Below, in pieces: positions 49,729 through 58,493 of a stretch of 64,000 bases of DNA. Each line of letters begins with the position of its first letter. The first letter of the stretch is position 1. A program made the position numbers and the translations under genes. Below the pieces are notes generated by a model that did no database searches, had not been told where the DNA came from, and saw nothing but the letters and a program-made list of their open reading frames with translations. The stretch spans positions 34,560 to 98,559 of the forward strand of contig JAFGQU010000002.1 in NCBI GenBank assembly GCA_016935525.1. Reading direction: 5' to 3'. The DNA is from Candidatus Omnitrophota bacterium. Lineage in GTDB: Bacteria > Omnitrophota > Gorgyraeia > Duberdicusellales > 4484-171.

Positions 49729-50889
49729 TTACTCCCGGTCCCGTTCTAACAAATATTGATTAAACTCATACGTCTCGCTGCGTAAAGGGCCACAGCATTC
49801 ATGACAGGCCTGGTGAATAAATTGTTTTTGCGATACTTTTTCTCTTAACTTGTTCATCTGGTCGCCCTGCCAGGCTTTTTGGTAAGAATCCCCTATTTTA
49901 CATAATTTGTCTTTGATCAGTGTGCAGGGAGAAAGGTACCCGTCTTCGGAAATCACCAGAGTTTTCCATACATGTATACAATAGAACGGCAGTTGAAGGA
50001 TCCCCTCTTTTTCCTCTCTCCCCGCATTTCTCTCCGGTTTCTTTCCATAATGAGCGAGAAAAAAATTGATATTATGTTTGATCCTCGTCTCATCCGCCTT
50101 TTGCCGCAACAACGAGACGCATTCCCGGGATTCCTCTTCGGTCAGCATCAGCTGTTCGGCGCGAGAATGGACGTTCATCAAAGGCATCAACTGGATCTCT
50201 TCTACTTTTTTTTCAATACAATAATCGATAAGCTCAAGGATCCGACGATAATTTTTCTTATGGACCACCGGGCAACAGATAATGTAAGGAGCCGTTTTAT
50301 CCGATGCCGTTTTTATATCGGCGAATTTCGTTAACGCATTGTCTATTTTCCGGAAATTACCCGGAACCCCCCGTATTTCATCATGGATTTCTCCGGAAGA
50401 AGAATCCAGGCTGATCCTCAACAGATCCCAACGTATATCGTGTAACGCGCCGATAAACGCCTCATCGAGCAGTAACCCGTTCGTAATAAGTATTCCTCTC
50501 ATATTACATTTTTTTATCTCCCTTAAGATCCCGATAATATTTTTATATAATAACGGTTCTCCGCCCCGCCCGCCGATATTCCATACTTCGGTCCCGTTAC
50601 GAGAAGATTCCCGCACAATACCCACAATGCGTTCATAAGGGACTGCCGGTTCAAACTGACGTTGCGAATCGGAATCGTATCCTCCGCAATATTGGCAACG
50701 GGAATTACATATATACGCAGGGAACCATTCGATCATGTATGGACTCTCTAATGAAGAGAATATCGAAGAATAGAGCCGGCCGTAAAGATCTCCGGAAGCG
50801 ACCGGCTCCTTTTGACTATGCCGATACAATATTTTATCGGCGATCTTGCGCAAAAATCCGGATTTTTTAGTACCTGTTTTTTGGTTCAT
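49729..50889 (-). CDS. Radical SAM/SPASM-like protein
   Basis: CNSRCQYC, GGRGGEP, TNG, CIHVW...PC...CHECC. Confidence 0.9.
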   Translation of the reverse strand: MNQKTGTKKSGFLRKIADKILYRHSQKEPVASGDLYGRLYSSIFSSLESPYMIEWFPAYICNSRCQYCGGYDSDSQRQFEPAVPYERIVGIVRESSRNGTEVWNIGGRGGEPLLYKNIIGILREIKKCNMRGILITNGLLLDEAFIGALHDIRWDLLRISLDSSSGEIHDEIRGVPGNFRKIDNALTKFADIKTASDKTAPYIICCPVVHKKNYRRILELIDYCIEKKVEEIQLMPLMNVHSRAEQLMLTEEESRECVSLLRQKADETRIKHNINFFLAHYGKKPERNAGREEKEGILQLPFYCIHVWKTLVISEDGYLSPCTLIKDKLCKIGDSYQKAWQGDQMNKLREKVSQKQFIHQACHECCGPLRSETYEFNQYLLERDRE

Positions 50890-51857
50890 ATTACGTCATA
50901 TATTTCCCGATAGGAATGTTTACTCAATAACACATGCATGCAATTCGAGCATATTTCTCGATAACGCGAGCGCATCTCGACATATTTTTGATTATTCCAG
51001 ATATCCTCAAATGAAGATTGAGTGATATTCCCCATCAGGTCGTTATTCATACAACATCCTAACACGTCGCCGTTGGGGAAAAGATAAAGATTCTTCCACA
51101 ATACCGGGCAATGCCAATCGGCCACTTTTTGTAACGTATTCACGACAGTAAGTGCGGGATGCATCTTTCGGAAGCGTTCCAAAGCGTCTAAAAAATCGAC
51201 GAACTCTCCGTAAGAAGGAAGGTATTCGTCTCTTAATTCTTCTTTGAGAAAAAGGACTTTTGTGTAAATCAGGTTTTTGCAGTGATACTTTGCCCCGACT
51301 TCAAACAGTCGCAATGAATCATCCAGGTTTTTTTTAGTCACTACCGCCGAAAGGTTCAGGTTGAATCCGTAGACATTCTTATATTCCCTCAATCTCTCCA
51401 GAGTCGGAACGATCTTTGAAAAAGGGTACCCCCTGGTCAACTCATTGGTCTTGGGCCCGTCTACGGATATGGTAATGCTCCGGGTACACGGCAACAGTTT
51501 AAATAATATCTTTTCATCGATATCTATCCCGTTGGTGGTAAGAAAAAATTCTATACCCAGAGGAGCCAGTATTTCAATCAATTCTCCCAGATAGGGATAA
51601 AGAAAAGGCTCTCCGGTCACGCTGAATTCCACATACTTTGCCCGGGTAAACAGAAAAATATTATTTTTTATCAATTCCAACGGCATGGTCCCATACTGAA
51701 AACTTTTTTTATTAAGGCCGTGTATTTCACAATACACGCAACGGGCGTTACAATTGTTATTGGTCTGAAGATTGATGATCGTGGGGTAAGACCGCAGGAC
51801 TGTTTTATGTTCACAATATTCCTGCTGATTGAGCTGGGCATTCACTCTACGATCCAT
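50886..51857 (-). CDS. Radical SAM/twitch protein
   Basis: CNARCVYC, TGEP, TTNG, SVDG, CPVLW...GDVLGCC...MGNI...IWN...CSNC. Confidence 0.92.
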   Translation of the reverse strand: MDRRVNAQLNQQEYCEHKTVLRSYPTIINLQTNNNCNARCVYCEIHGLNKKSFQYGTMPLELIKNNIFLFTRAKYVEFSVTGEPFLYPYLGELIEILAPLGIEFFLTTNGIDIDEKILFKLLPCTRSITISVDGPKTNELTRGYPFSKIVPTLERLREYKNVYGFNLNLSAVVTKKNLDDSLRLFEVGAKYHCKNLIYTKVLFLKEELRDEYLPSYGEFVDFLDALERFRKMHPALTVVNTLQKVADWHCPVLWKNLYLFPNGDVLGCCMNNDLMGNITQSSFEDIWNNQKYVEMRSRYREICSNCMHVLLSKHSYREIYDVI

Positions 51858-52818
51858 AATTTTCCTGATTGATATGGAGCCCCTGCAAACAAGGTTCCTT
51901 GCAGGTCTTTATTCGTTCCAGTTCGGCCTGATATTCTTCGGAATAGAAAATCTCCTTAAAATCATATGCGTACAGCGGCATCGGGACCTCTTTCCCGCAC
52001 AGATACGGTAATCCTTCACAGGTGATGTTCAGCGATTCGTATCCGGTAAGACATCGCCCGTTTTTTTCTAACACATTGGCGAAATAGTGCATATACGACC
52101 TGATTAAAGGTGCCGGACGGGTACTTATATATTCATGAGCTACCAGATAATCGATGATCTCTTTTAACTTTGCTTTCTCTTTTTCGGTAAGCCGGAATTT
52201 TTCCCGCACATAACATAATTCATTGTTGGGGATTACCGGCTGGACATCAAATCGCACCCCTTTAAATCTCTCAAACTCTTTAAGAAAATCCACAAAATGA
52301 GAAAAATTCTCCGGCATCAATATTGAACTTACCGTCAGGCTCGCGATCTTCTCGGCAAGAAAATATTCTTTATACACCCGCTCAAAATTGTGTACCGTCT
52401 TCTTAAACGTCCCGCCCCCTCTTATAAAATCATGGTCATATTGAAGGCCATCGATAGAAAAGATTATTCCTATTTTTTTCAATTCGTGTTCGTCAAATTG
52501 ATCCAAAAAAACTCCATCAAATAAAGTCCCGTTAGAAATGACATTGACGGTATTTATGTCGCATGCGCAGGTAAATTTCATAATGTGTCCAAGGTCGTCT
52601 CTTAAAAGCGGCTCTCCGCCGCCGAAGGTAATCCGCTGAATAGCACAGTTTCTTTCGAGATTTCCGATAATCTTGATCCACTCCTGGGAAGAGAGTTCCG
52701 ATTCCGCGCCATATTTCCCTTTACCGGTGGTACACATCAGGCATTGCAGGTTACAACGGTTGGTGATCGCGATATAAAATTCGCATATATTAAAATGTTT
52801 ATCTCTCATCTGGCTCAT
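51847..52818 (-). CDS. Radical SAM/twitch-SPASM-like protein
   Basis: CNLQCLMC, GGGEP, SNG, SIDG, VQP, CLTG...CKEPCLQG. Confidence 0.92.
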   Translation of the reverse strand: MSQMRDKHFNICEFYIAITNRCNLQCLMCTTGKGKYGAESELSSQEWIKIIGNLERNCAIQRITFGGGEPLLRDDLGHIMKFTCACDINTVNVISNGTLFDGVFLDQFDEHELKKIGIIFSIDGLQYDHDFIRGGGTFKKTVHNFERVYKEYFLAEKIASLTVSSILMPENFSHFVDFLKEFERFKGVRFDVQPVIPNNELCYVREKFRLTEKEKAKLKEIIDYLVAHEYISTRPAPLIRSYMHYFANVLEKNGRCLTGYESLNITCEGLPYLCGKEVPMPLYAYDFKEIFYSEEYQAELERIKTCKEPCLQGLHINQENYGS

Positions 52819-53863
52819 GACATCCTGCTTTTTTTTCTACACCATCACCTTCAAGATAATATTCCAATTCCTGATTCAACTGTTTTATCGGGCTGCAACA
52901 GGACTCATAACAATAAGGATATTCTCTTAAAAATTCGTATTCGCTTAAGATCCGGCCGTAGATCTTTTCTAAGTCGTCCCGGATGACGTTAAATTTTGTC
53001 TTTAAGGGGTCGCCGTTGCATTTAAGCACCTGCCCATCACAGTTGATTAAAAGTTTATACAGATGAAAATAACATATCTTCTTCAAGGGGCTGTGCTGGA
53101 CTGGTCGATGGGAATCCCTGCCGTCGGGGGCCTTTTCGATCCACTCTAACCGGTTAAACGTGACTTTGGTCTCGATTTCTGACAGTAGTGCGCGGAAAGA
53201 CTGCATCTCTTCATCATGAAGACTGAGCGCATCATACTGTTCATTCATCCTGACCAGTTTCAATAATGTAACATTCTTGGCGTTATATGAATCGACGATC
53301 CGAAAATAGTCTTTGACGTACGCATAATTCAATTTATTCACCACCATATTGAAATTGAGATGTACCCGCGGATTTTGTTCTGCCGAATAGCGCAGAAATC
53401 TATGAATCGCTTCCAAGTACTTTTGCTTACCCGGCATCGGCCGCAATTGATATTGGATATCGTCGGAGAAAGAATCGATCGAAACGATGATAATGTCCCA
53501 TCCGATCTCCTTTAAAAATTTCGCGAAATCTTCATCAAGCCGACTCCCGTTGGTCAAAAGCGTGCCAAAAAAACCTCTCTTTTTAATCTCGCCCATAAGG
53601 AATCTCAGGTTTTTAAATACCGTAGGCTCCCCGATCAAAGAAGTCAGCGAGATTTCTTTTACGCCTAAGGCCTGCGCCGAATCAAGAAGACGCAACAGGG
53701 TATCTTTTGACAACAGGTCTTTCGGTTTAGCGCTTATTTTCCCTGAACAATAAAGACAATCCAGATTACAAGAACTGCTTAATGCCAAGTCTAAGCAATA
53801 AGGCCCTTTAGGAGAACAGGTCAGATTATGTTGTACGCGGGCGAGAAAAGCTTGAGAGATCAT
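52799..53863 (-). CDS. Radical SAM/SPASM-like protein
   Basis: CNLDCLYC, LIGEP, TNG, SIDS, CYF...C...C...CYESCC. Confidence 0.9.
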   Translation of the reverse strand: MISQAFLARVQHNLTCSPKGPYCLDLALSSSCNLDCLYCSGKISAKPKDLLSKDTLLRLLDSAQALGVKEISLTSLIGEPTVFKNLRFLMGEIKKRGFFGTLLTNGSRLDEDFAKFLKEIGWDIIIVSIDSFSDDIQYQLRPMPGKQKYLEAIHRFLRYSAEQNPRVHLNFNMVVNKLNYAYVKDYFRIVDSYNAKNVTLLKLVRMNEQYDALSLHDEEMQSFRALLSEIETKVTFNRLEWIEKAPDGRDSHRPVQHSPLKKICYFHLYKLLINCDGQVLKCNGDPLKTKFNVIRDDLEKIYGRILSEYEFLREYPYCYESCCSPIKQLNQELEYYLEGDGVEKKAGCHEPDER

Positions 53864-53865
53864 TT

Positions 53866-56298
53866 TTAAATATTTTTATACATATAACAATCCTGAAAAC
53901 AGCGCACCTTACACTTTTTCGCTTTATCACGAAACGTACGGGCCTCCGGAGAATACCATATCTGTTTTAACGGACGGCTACTGATATTGCCTAACGTACT
54001 GCTGCATAGCCACACATCTCCATTCGCAGTGATGGATAATCGGTTATATCCGGCAAAACATTTCCAATTCACATACTTTTTAGAAAGCAGATAGTTGAGG
54101 TACGCCTGAGGATAAAAAAAGACGCAATTATGAAAACGGCAATAGCCTTCGATTTTCCCGATCTGATCAAATAATATTCCGGGATGTTCGATGTCGGCAA
54201 GCGGACTGTTGATGCCGGCGATCACGTTAGTATTATCATCGACTACGTTTAAAAGCTGGAATTTAGAATAAGGATACAACTGGTGCAGATATCTCACCAG
54301 TTGGTAAAGATCCTGATAATTATATCTCGTGATCAGGATATTAAAACATACTTCAAAACGGACACCTTTGTGCTGCACAAAGTCATATAGTTTTCTTAAA
54401 TTCTCGGTGACGCGGGCGAACGCCCCCGCTCCTCTTATCTCATCATGGGCCGAGGGAAACCCGTCCAGAGAGATATTCAACAGATCGAAAGAGACTGTTT
54501 CGGCAAGAAACCGGTCAAGAAGCATACCGTTAGAACTGAGGTGGAATGAACGACGGTCGTTTTTTACGGTCTCAGCGATCCGGGAAAAATCGGGATGCAG
54601 TAACGGCTCTCCTCCGGTAAGCTGAATGATCTTGTGCGGGTTTTTGAACTCATCGATTTGCTCCAGCAGATCGGTAAACATCGAAAAATCAAGATGCCCC
54701 ACGCATTTATTGGCTTGGCACATCGGACAACGGAGATTACAATGGTCAGTTATTTCGATCATAAAATACTGAGGCTCAACAAAAGGATGCCCGATAAGAC
54801 GGGAAAAAATAAATTTCATTTTTGCCGGATCGATCCTCTGTTTCACTTTTTTCCAACGGTTATAGTAAGATAAGCTCCTCAGAAAAATATTTTTTCCGTT
54901 TCTCTTTGGCGGAGAAAAAAAAGAAGCGAATTTGGCCAAAGAATTCAATAAGCCATAGTGTTTTTTACCGGCATTCTCAATATAGGTCTCAAGCAGGCGC
55001 AGATCCGATTCAAGATAATCTTTTTCCCTCGCGCTCAATCCTCCGATCCGTAGATTCTGCTCAAGAGACCTGATGAAATCATCGATATGCTCTTCGATCA
55101 AATGGTATCCGGCTACAAGGATCGGCCGCAACGGCAACTGGGGATACCGATGGATATATTCTTCCAGAAAATGCAGTTCCCGCATGAGTAAAAAAAAGTT
55201 ATTGTGTTCCATGAGCCGCTGATGGATCTCACTTAATGTATCTGCCGAAGGACGTATAGAACAGAATTGCACGCAATTTGCCTTGCAATTTTTTATGGTC
55301 TCCCGGAAAGACCGGGCCGCGAGGCCAGACCAAACTTCAAAGAGCGAATCTTTTTCGGCTAAACCGAAATGCTGGTCTTTTTCTTTATTGGGCCCATTAC
55401 ACACAAAACAGATCTTCTCTCCTACCGCCAGAGCCCGGCAAAAACCGGCATAACATTTATCAACATAAATCTCGCTGGAAAAATATGTATAGATCTTTTC
55501 GTGAGGGACTTCGATATGGACCCAGGTATGGAAGTTACGCTCTTTTATCTTATCAAGCGTATCTTTAAGCAAAGGCAACCGCTCAGGCGGGATCCAAAAC
55601 CTATCTTCACGACGCCCTTTTAAATCGCTGTTACACACATAGGGTTGAATATGGATACCACAGACATTATACTTTTCACAGAAATCGATCATCTCATACA
55701 TGGTATCCAGGGTCTGGTCCATCAACACCGAACAGGTATCGACCAGAGGATATTTGGTGTTACGGCGTTGTTTTTCAACGTTGATATATTCGAGAGCGTC
55801 AATAATTTTTTCAAACACCCCTGCTCCTCGCAAAGAATCATGAATCTCCTTCTTCGGAGAATCAATGGATATCCCTAATGTCTCCAGCCCCGAATCAAAT
55901 AATCTATTGATTGTTTTATGATCCAGCAGAGTACCGTTGGTATTCACATGCGTACGCACATGAGGGTAGTAGTCGCGGACATATTTTATGAGACTAAAAA
56001 TGTCCGGCCGCAGCAGCGCTTCGCCTCCGGTGAAATACACTTCTTTAAGATTCCCTAAACGATACGCATCGTCAATGAGTTTTTTCACATAAAAAGTATC
56101 TATCTCTTTTTCTTTCACTCGCCAGACACCGCACATCGCACACTGCAAATTACATCTTGTGGTGAGGATCAACTGCAGCATATGCGGGCCGATCAGGGGA
56201 ATATTGAGGGCGAGAGAAAAATTATAGAGATAATCTTCTTTTATCGAATCGAAAAATACAAGTTGCTCGTTGATATTATCCAGACAATAATGAAACAT
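53866..56298 (-). CDS. Tandem double radical SAM protein (two rSAM plus Cys-rich modules)
   Basis: Module 1: CNLQCAMC/TGGEA/CYAG...CKANCVQFC. Module 2: CNLRCPMC/TGGEP/CFAG...CKVRCFQDC. No internal stop over 810 aa. Confidence 0.92.
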   Translation of the reverse strand: MFHYCLDNINEQLVFFDSIKEDYLYNFSLALNIPLIGPHMLQLILTTRCNLQCAMCGVWRVKEKEIDTFYVKKLIDDAYRLGNLKEVYFTGGEALLRPDIFSLIKYVRDYYPHVRTHVNTNGTLLDHKTINRLFDSGLETLGISIDSPKKEIHDSLRGAGVFEKIIDALEYINVEKQRRNTKYPLVDTCSVLMDQTLDTMYEMIDFCEKYNVCGIHIQPYVCNSDLKGRREDRFWIPPERLPLLKDTLDKIKERNFHTWVHIEVPHEKIYTYFSSEIYVDKCYAGFCRALAVGEKICFVCNGPNKEKDQHFGLAEKDSLFEVWSGLAARSFRETIKNCKANCVQFCSIRPSADTLSEIHQRLMEHNNFFLLMRELHFLEEYIHRYPQLPLRPILVAGYHLIEEHIDDFIRSLEQNLRIGGLSAREKDYLESDLRLLETYIENAGKKHYGLLNSLAKFASFFSPPKRNGKNIFLRSLSYYNRWKKVKQRIDPAKMKFIFSRLIGHPFVEPQYFMIEITDHCNLRCPMCQANKCVGHLDFSMFTDLLEQIDEFKNPHKIIQLTGGEPLLHPDFSRIAETVKNDRRSFHLSSNGMLLDRFLAETVSFDLLNISLDGFPSAHDEIRGAGAFARVTENLRKLYDFVQHKGVRFEVCFNILITRYNYQDLYQLVRYLHQLYPYSKFQLLNVVDDNTNVIAGINSPLADIEHPGILFDQIGKIEGYCRFHNCVFFYPQAYLNYLLSKKYVNWKCFAGYNRLSITANGDVWLCSSTLGNISSRPLKQIWYSPEARTFRDKAKKCKVRCFQDCYMYKNI

Positions 56299-56348
56299 AT
56301 TTGTATATCTAAAAAATTTTCTTCACCCTCGGGCTCTTTAGGCTTACG

Positions 56349-58295
56349 TTACACGATACATTCTACCTTTATTTCTCCCGAGGTTTTCCGAGGATCACAA
56401 AAACAAGGTAAAAGACAAGGCCAGGGACACCGGGCAGCCTGGTTGTAAGCATGTATCCTGGCTGCCCCGTCAAGTATATCTCTTAACGACTGCTTTTTTA
56501 TATCGCCATAAAAAGAGAAACAAGTCGCACTTTTACCTTCATTCGCAATAAGCATCGTCTTTTGAGCCGACTTACAGCGGACATCGGTACCGCGCAGCTG
56601 ACGACGATAATATTTTTTCATTAAAAGCAGGTTCTCTTCCGAATTGCAAATGAAATCTTTATAGCGCTTTTTCGTTTGGATCAGCAGATCAACGGTTTTA
56701 TCCAGTAACGGCAGTTGATCCGGAGTGACCCAGAACGGAGACTGCCTCCGGTCAGCCATTCTCAAATTATTCGGCAGAAGCGCTTGAAATTGCAACGAAT
56801 TTACCTTTAATTCATAGAGAAAAGGGATTAACTGCGGCAATTCTTTTAGATTTGCTCCGCAGATAATACTGATTACATTAAACCGGACCTGGGCGCGGCG
56901 GCTTTTAAGCGCTGCCAGCAAACGCAGACTTTCTACCGTATGTTCCCAGGCGCAAGGCGAGTTCCGCATATAATTATGGATTCGGGGAGTAATCGAGTCG
57001 AGAGAGATTATTAAAGATATCGTCTCGTCGGTCAGATAGGGTTCTAAACGAGAAAACATTTCTTTTACGGCCAGACCATTACTTAATACGCCTATCTTTT
57101 TCAGGCCGAGGTGTCGGGCATGATCGAATATTTCCGGAATATCTTTCCTCAAAAGAGGTTCTCCACCGGAAAGGGTAATTTCTTTAATCCCGAGCCGGCG
57201 CGCTTCACGTAAGACTTTTTTTACATACCTCAACTCCAAGTCAGACTCCTCTTTGGCGGTTTTCCAGATGTCACATATCCGACAGGAAAGGTTACAACGA
57301 TGAGTGATGTCCAATATCAAGAGTTGCGGCGGCGGCAGCAGTTGTGGTGTAATTGTCTTATTTTTCTTTACTCTCAGGTACTCGGCAATATTACCCAGTA
57401 TATATACCGCCTTATGGATGCTCAGGCAGATGTACATCGACAGTTTTTTATTGATATTTTTGATCTGTTCTTTACAAATAAGTTTTCTTGCCAATATATA
57501 CACAAAACGGGGAATTTTAAGGATATTGAACGCGGTAGCCCGCCAAAAAGAAAATGTTCCCGGATCAAGCTCTTTCAATAAAGGATGGTCACGGTGGAGA
57601 TATTGGACCAAAAAGTTTCCGCGACCATAGATATAGGCTTGTCGAATAAAACTAAAAAAAGTCTCATCCCGGTCATGGACCACAATAATATCCTGATCCC
57701 AGAGAAACCTCTTACCATTTTTAAAAAGACGCCAGAAAAATTCCAGGTCTTCCCCTCCGGGAAAAGGAAAATGTTCATTAAACCGGGCCTGCTCAAATAC
57801 CTCTTTTTTAAAAGAGACATTGCAGGTGGGGAAGAATATCGCTTGCATTCCTTGACCTATTTTCACTTCAATACTGCACGTACTTAAAAACTGCCCCACC
57901 ATTACATAGCTTCTCTGCTGCGCGGGCAGAGTATCGCCTCCGATGGCCGCAATACCGGGATTATTTCCGTGGGCGGTGACCATTTTTCCTGCCCAATCCC
58001 GCCGGCAGATACAATCATCATCAACAAACCCGATAAGTCGTCCCCGGGCTTGATGTATGCCGAGATTTCTTGCTGCCGCCGGGCCCCGGTGATGTTGCGA
58101 GAAATAGCGCACCTGCGTAAATTCTTTAGCAAAATCCGAAATCAGTTGTTCGACCCGACAGTCGGAGGCATCATCAACAACGATAATCTCAAAATGTTCC
58201 TGAGGATAGTCCTGACCAAGCAAAGCATTAATACAATTTTTGAGCTTTTCTATCCGTTTATATGTGGGGACAATGATCGAAATGATGATATTCAT
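56349..58295 (-). CDS. GT2 glycosyltransferase-radical SAM fusion protein
   Basis: N-terminal SIIVPTY, VVDDAS, GPAAARN, FVDDDC, GEDLE; C-terminal CNLSCRIC, SGGEP, CKSA...CPWPCLLPC. SD AAGGAG before ATG 58295. Confidence 0.92.
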   Translation of the reverse strand: MNIIISIIVPTYKRIEKLKNCINALLGQDYPQEHFEIIVVDDASDCRVEQLISDFAKEFTQVRYFSQHHRGPAAARNLGIHQARGRLIGFVDDDCICRRDWAGKMVTAHGNNPGIAAIGGDTLPAQQRSYVMVGQFLSTCSIEVKIGQGMQAIFFPTCNVSFKKEVFEQARFNEHFPFPGGEDLEFFWRLFKNGKRFLWDQDIIVVHDRDETFFSFIRQAYIYGRGNFLVQYLHRDHPLLKELDPGTFSFWRATAFNILKIPRFVYILARKLICKEQIKNINKKLSMYICLSIHKAVYILGNIAEYLRVKKNKTITPQLLPPPQLLILDITHRCNLSCRICDIWKTAKEESDLELRYVKKVLREARRLGIKEITLSGGEPLLRKDIPEIFDHARHLGLKKIGVLSNGLAVKEMFSRLEPYLTDETISLIISLDSITPRIHNYMRNSPCAWEHTVESLRLLAALKSRRAQVRFNVISIICGANLKELPQLIPFLYELKVNSLQFQALLPNNLRMADRRQSPFWVTPDQLPLLDKTVDLLIQTKKRYKDFICNSEENLLLMKKYYRRQLRGTDVRCKSAQKTMLIANEGKSATCFSFYGDIKKQSLRDILDGAARIHAYNQAARCPWPCLLPCFCDPRKTSGEIKVECIV

Positions 58296-58387
58296 TGTTG
58301 TCTCCTTACACAGCAAACAGCTGAAAACACCTGTCTTCGCAGAATAAAAAAATAAGGGATTTTTCGTCTCTTTTAAAGAATCCGTTA

Positions 58388-58416
58388 ATTATACCACCCC
58401 TTAAAAGAAGTAACAA
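58388..58416 (-). promoter_or_regulatory. Sigma70 promoter at the head of the radical SAM run
   Basis: TTGTTA, 17-nt spacer, TATAAT with extended TG (TGGTATAAT). Confidence 0.65.
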
Positions 58417-58493
58417 CTCAAGGACCTTTTAGTCTTTTTATTGCCTTTTCCCTCAATACCTTTTGCCTCAAGGGACTTCCGTTTCTGGATACA

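Noticed and set aside
44203-56298. Recent tandem duplication or misassembly as the cause of the rSAM array
   Set aside because: The paralogs share motifs only and show no visible long DNA identity; all have intact frames and tight gene junctions
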